From the NCBI GenBank assembly GCA_002633005.1, contig NMRA01000605.1, positions 66,185 through 130,184 on the forward strand: a DNA stretch of 64,000 nt, written 5' to 3'. This document shows, in pieces, positions 59,301 to 64,000 of this stretch (position 1 is its first letter; each line of letters opens with the position of its first letter). Under the pieces are notes generated by a model that was not told the origin of the DNA, searched no databases, and saw only the letters and a program-made list of their open reading frames with translations. The stretch is from Phoronis australis (taxonomy: Eukaryota > Animalia > Phoronida). The position numbers and the translations under genes were made by a program.

Positions 59301-62300
59301 CAAAGCTTTTCATTTACTAGCTCACACAATTCGCTCAACTCGTGTAGTACACTTTTGTCTATATTTAAAAGGCGAACTGTTTTTCAAAGTTTCATTACAA
59401 GGCACGTTTTCCAAAACTGGATGATGACAGCTATTTGGAACTAATAACACAATGCCTTAAACAACACACAGGGTCAAATGATTAAACACCCATAAAATTA
59501 CAGCTTGGGAATTTATATGTATGTGAAACATTATTGGAATGACCAGATCATTGTATGCAAATGACACACTTAAAACACAGGTCACGATATTGTGAGCAAC
59601 TGGGTGGAAATGCAATTTCATTCGAAATTTTATGACTAAATACATTTGTTAAGTGACCACCTTTAAGAACAGATTCCAGCATTACCTCAGTCTTGAACTG
59701 TTTTGCTTGGTCCATGGTCTTGAAGCGAATGCAAAACTTTTCTGGTCTGGGTTCGTCCTCGGCAAAGTCCATGGAGTACCATATCCACGTCACTCCTGGC
59801 TGACTTCCCTCCACCAGATTCAAATCTGCCGTGATGGCACTGTTCAAACAGAGCTTAAGAATCTGGTCTCTTCTCATCAGCAGCCGAGCCCGGCTGGTAG
59901 TCTCATTTAGTAAAACCTTGACCTGACCGAGGCCTCGCTCTTTCCATTCCTTATCATCCCAGCGGTAGAGCTTGGCACGTGATTCAAATAGGATGATTTC
60001 ATCCTCTTCACCACTCTTCACTTCCACTACATCAGGCAGAGGAATGACGGGCTCAAAAAGGGAACCTGACCAACAGACGGTGGTTACAAGATCACTGAAC
60101 ATTAAACATGGTTACGCCACTTACTGCTTTATTTGTTATGTTAGCTTGTAGCGTATTATATATAAATCAAAGTATTGATTTCCACATCATCTATAGAACC
60201 AGTTAGGTACTATGCATATTATACAGCATCATTTCAATATCACTTTAATAATCCCTACATGTTCTATGAATTTTAAAGACAAAAAATACTCTGACAAATG
60301 TCTATGCCTCAACATTTAACAACAATCGCCTCCCTGTTATCAGTAATAACATTTCTAAATGTGTCTCCTATTCCCTCTTTACAGACCATCAGGGAAATGG
60401 TCCTGTGTTATGTAATCCAATTAACAAGCTGAGGTCAGGCCTGCTAACAACAAATAATACACTGTTACCACCAGAACACAATGGACAAATAGACAAAGCC
60501 AGCTCTAACAAAAGACTATAGCTGTGAATAAATTGTCTCAACTTTATTGGAAATGCACTCCATGCTCACTGTACCTAACACTGTGCAATGTTCTAGCATA
60601 GTCTGATGAAAGTTTTGGTGATTTGAGAAATCTAAAACATCATGCCTATTTATGCATATTCTTTAAGTGCCACAGGTTAGACTGCATTAAATGAGATTGT
60701 GCCAGCATATAAGGCTCAAACTTAGTGTGACAATTATGTTAGCACACAATACGTAATTCAATGGCAAGTCCAGTTTTGTTTTGAAACTAAGCATTTGGTC
60801 AGAACAAGTAATTCAAATTCTACAGTAAGTTCACACTTGTAGCTTAACTAATTAAAACTACAAGATGTGTGATATAGATCTCATAATGGTATTTTGGCAC
60901 GTTATAAAGTTAACCAAATTTGTTTAATCTTAATAATGCTTATTGTACAGTTGCAGACTACCAGGCCAACAAAAGCACAATGTTATGGTAGTCACTTTGA
61001 GATCTAACATACACTAGGACAGTATTCATTAAACTCATGGGACTATTTTTCACAACAAGCTTAATATGTTTCTTTGTTCTATACCTTTATTACTGGTGTT
61101 GTGCTCTTGACCTGAGCAAGGTATTTTGGTAGTCTTTGGACCACCCTCTAGGTGGACAATGGAGTTAGCATCAAATATTGGCGGCAGTCTACCCCTGGTG
61201 AGGCTACTCGGTGTTGATGTTTCAGTGGGAGGGGTATTGGCCACAGAAATCGGCAACTTGAAAGTAGTTATCCCATCACTGACCTTAAATTTCATAATAA
61301 TATACAATATAGTTTTACAAAATCTTTAAACTTTTAAACTAAGCCCATCAGACAGTACGTGAGTTAAACCTTTTTACAGCATTACAATATGCTTGGAAGC
61401 CTTTTATCTGACATCAAAGAATTCCATCTCAGCAATCACGTCGGAAAAAGGCAATTAATGTACTTGTGGCCAAGACTACAATCCTCAAGCACCAACCTTG
61501 TTCGAAGATGATAGCTTTTGGCTGTTGAGAGGTTTATTCATCACATGTGGGGGCATGAATCTGGATTCATTGGTGTTGAAGAGAAATCCTGGTCGCAGCT
61601 GTGGCTTCACAAACGTAGGGACATTGAATACCGGGCGTACTGTTGAGTTTGTCAGAAAGCTGGGCTGGAGAAGAGGGCGAGTGGTCGCTGGCTGGTCCTT
61701 AGGGGAGCAGCCAATGGTGGTTGCACCCTGACTCTAGAACAGACAGGGATAAGCCTCAATACTTGACAAGTAGAAAACCTTGAGAGCAATCAAATATAAT
61801 GATAAAAATAAAAAATGCTTTAAATGCTTATATCAAACATTGAGACATAAATTACGTACTAGACAACATCAAGACCATCACCTGTTGAGCGTAAATGCAT
61901 TTCCTGTCAGAGAGATTGCAAGCCTCTTGCGTAATACCATGATTAGGAAGGGGGCAGGGTCTGCTGCTGCGTTAGGTGAGGCGCACTGTCCTGCATGGGG
62001 AGATGCTCAGCTGGCCAGCCGGAAGGGTTTGGAGCGGGGGCTGGTGATAAACACAGGGAGGATAGGCTGGGAACTGGCTGGGAGGTTGAAACACCGGGGG
62101 CTGGGGTGCTGAGGGTGTAGGGAGAGGCTAATGGATAGGGCCTTCTCTGAGGACTCTACAACCTTCTGGATCTCAGCCTTTACAGAAAGAATTCCTTATA
62201 TTAGAATACGCTCATCTCATGCCTCTGTTGTCGATAACCAATTATAGTTGTAACAGAATGCTAAAAATAGTTGAAAAAAGATGTCTAAACTAAACCCTCT

Positions 62301-62735
62301 CTCAGTCTATTGTGTAATATGAACACAACAAATACCATTTTATTTGCAATCTGAAAAAAGATTCCTGCAATAGATTTTGAGTCTGTAGTAGCTGGATTCT
62401 TCTGTTTCATTGAGTCATGGATCCAAATTAACCAGCTCAAAATCCAGATGTCTTAATTTTCCCTGTAACAACAACTTTTCTGCATTAAGAAAGTACATCT
62501 GCCTATCTACTATCAAAATATAACATAGTATTACATGGGCCACAGACAGTGTATAATCACACACCCATACCTTCAGTGTAGCTACTTTGTGGTCGATTTT
62601 CCTAAGCTTGTCAGACATTTGTTTAATCAATGTGTTGTTCTCCAACAGAATACGCATCACATTCTCCTGGTACAAATTCATTGAGCGGCTCTGAGCGTGC
62701 ACGCGCTCTGGACTCGGTCTGTAGAGGGTCGTCGA
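41302..62735 (-). CDS. RANBP2: RanBP2/Nup358-like copy 2 (inverted paralog; partly degenerate, possibly a pseudogene)
   Basis: Exons mirror copy 1, mostly with matching lengths: 62735-62571, 62177-~61881 (frameshifted), 61733-61497, 61283-61085, 60065-59686, 59171-58928, 58176-57994, 57455-57321, 57138-57073, [rearranged ZnF region], 48570-47876, gap, 46466-46413, 45887-45660, 44894-44796, 43979-43863, 43410-43288, 42619-42432, 41406-41302 (TAA). Confidence 0.85.
49285..50062 (-). mobile_element. HINE-like element, copy in the - arm
   Basis: Reverse complement of 9513-10295. Confidence 0.6.
50845..51424 (-). other. Chimeric exon: FG-rich 5' part of the 11351 exon fused in frame to the U1 zinc finger
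   Basis: ORF 50670-51470 reads ...[54 protein letters not shown]. Confidence 0.8.
52005..52788 (-). mobile_element. HINE-like element, second copy in the - arm (carried by the internal duplication)
   Basis: Near-direct repeat of 49285-50062. Confidence 0.6.
54040..56930 (-). mobile_element. Corresponding Sola-like element in the - arm, with one end deleted and one TIR interrupted
   Basis: 56930-56902 and 55356-54040 match 6303-~7634. The far TIR is missing. Confidence 0.7.
55357..56901 (+). mobile_element. TTAA-specific DNA transposon derivative (Kolobok-like), nested
   Basis: Flanked by TTAA at 55353-55356 and 56902-56905. The termini AGACATAGTTTCAC and (reverse complement) AGAGGTTGATTCGC form a weak TIR starting with AG. 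The element is absent at the matching site in copy 1 (6328-6331). A decayed ORF reads GHCRFEP plus an acidic tract (~55760-55850). Confidence 0.65.
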
Positions 62736-63773
62736 CTGGAATATAAACACCACAGTTCAGTGAAGACAGATATACCTACCTGAAAATTATGCTTTCATTT
62801 TTTCAAAGTTTCCGAGGTTCTTTGAATATTTTTGGAGGCAACAACAAAATAATTAAAATTTTCTTGGTTAAAATTGTTATTTTCAAAAAAAACACTCAGG
62901 TAAACACCCATGCTCACATAAGTGCCAGCCCCAACCATCTCAACACCCACTGTTTAGGTACAACCCACCAGTGTTTTGTTTCAGTTCATTTTCAAAACAG
63001 TTAAGGAATGCTTTAAAAATGTGAATAATTTTGAGCCATGCATGATTGTCATTGCACATGGAACTGGCAAATTCACATGATGTTGGAAGTGATACATACC
63101 ATGGCCATAATCAGCTACGGACTGTGACTCTATGGTACAATTTTATTACGTTAAAAAGTTCCACTTTTTGTCACTTTTGCGAACCATTGCACTTGACTTG
63201 TTTACTCAGTGGCGGATCTAAAATATCATGAGGGAGGCCTAACATTTTGTCTCATAAACAATCGTGCAAAGCCTGATTGTATAGGCATGGCACCGAATGG
63301 GTAGACAACCACCTTCACCTTCTTCTCTAAAAACAAGCATTTTCTTTGATTTCTGAAGTATCAAAGAAAAAAAAACACTGAGAATATGTGCAAAATGGAA
63401 AATTTGTAAATCGCATGGACTCAAGCTCACCACCTATGGTCAAAGCGCGCCTGCTCTTCCACTCCGCCACCACGCTTCCAATTAAAATAAGGTGCTAGAG
63501 ACATGCTTATTTATGGTCCACAGCGTTTGTGCATGAACCTGCTTCTTTCCGTGATGTTTATTATACGCTTTATATTGTGTGGAATCTTACTTCATAGCAA
63601 AAGTTATAATTGTGTTCTTAAGATGCCAAAGACATTTACCTCGTGATTGTTTTACAAATCGTCTTAATTTTAATGTTTGACAAAGATAGAATTATGAGTT
63701 TTCGAGTGATTCACTGAGGCTTCGATTAAAATTGACATCATACCAGCAGCTTCTGTTTCCCCATTTCCACACA

Positions 63774-64000
63774 ATGGTAAATATACAAATTGGCTCACTG
63801 CATCCAACAATGGTGAATATACAGATTGGCTCACTACATCATGGTGAATATACAGATTGGCTCACTACATCATGGTGAATATACAGATTGGCTCACTACA
63901 TCCAACAATGGTGAATATACAGATTGGCTCACTACATCATGGTGAATATACAGATTGGCTCACTACATCATGGTGATTATACAAATTGGCTCACTACATC
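63774..64000. repeat. 31/36-bp tandem satellite running off the window
   Basis: ATGGTGAATATACAGATTGGCTCACTACATC(CAACA); units start at 63774, 63810, 63841, 63872, 63908, 63939 and 63970. Confidence 0.92.

Larger units (their letters stand above)
40215..62742 (-). repeat. Right arm of the inverted segmental duplication
   Basis: Position 1 (ATTCCAGTCGACGACCC) pairs with ~62742 (GGGTCGTCGACTGGAAT). The arms may extend beyond the window. Confidence 0.9.

Noticed and set aside
62774-62790. TTTTCAG|GTAGGT recursive-splice-like site on the - strand
   Set aside because: It is only ~45 nt from the next acceptor, too short for a plausible intron, and has no other support.
63207-63475. Possible hAT MITE beginning CAGTGGCGGATC
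   Set aside because: The right TIR is too degenerate and no TSD could be identified.
63774-64000. CRISPR-like array of 31-36 bp repeats
   Set aside because: The units are head-to-tail with no unique spacers, there are no cas genes, and the context is eukaryotic.

Overview
AT-rich, intron-containing genomic DNA from an animal, probably an invertebrate, with two N-gaps (816-1496 and 46520-47513). The window is dominated by a large inverted segmental duplication. A RanBP2/Nup358-like gene on the + strand (about 1-21066) is mirrored, introns included, by a second copy on the - strand (41302-62735). The visible part reads coiled coil, Pro/Tyr-rich region, RanBD, RanBP2-type zinc fingers, FG-like exons, RanBD, IR/SUMO-E3 motif, RanBD. 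The two copies point toward each other. The ~18 kb spacer holds an unrecognised single-pass membrane protein gene (+) and a complete 11-exon glutathione reductase (-). Identity between the arms is patchy: clearly diverged at the ends, essentially identical over about 1.4 kb in the middle. This suggests gene conversion or an assembly artefact. The - copy also carries frameshifts, an exon loss, a chimeric FG/zinc-finger exon from an internal duplication, and a nested transposon. Several DNA-transposon derivatives and minisatellites are present. Exon coordinates were derived by hand from GT-AG signals and phase, and identities were judged by eye.
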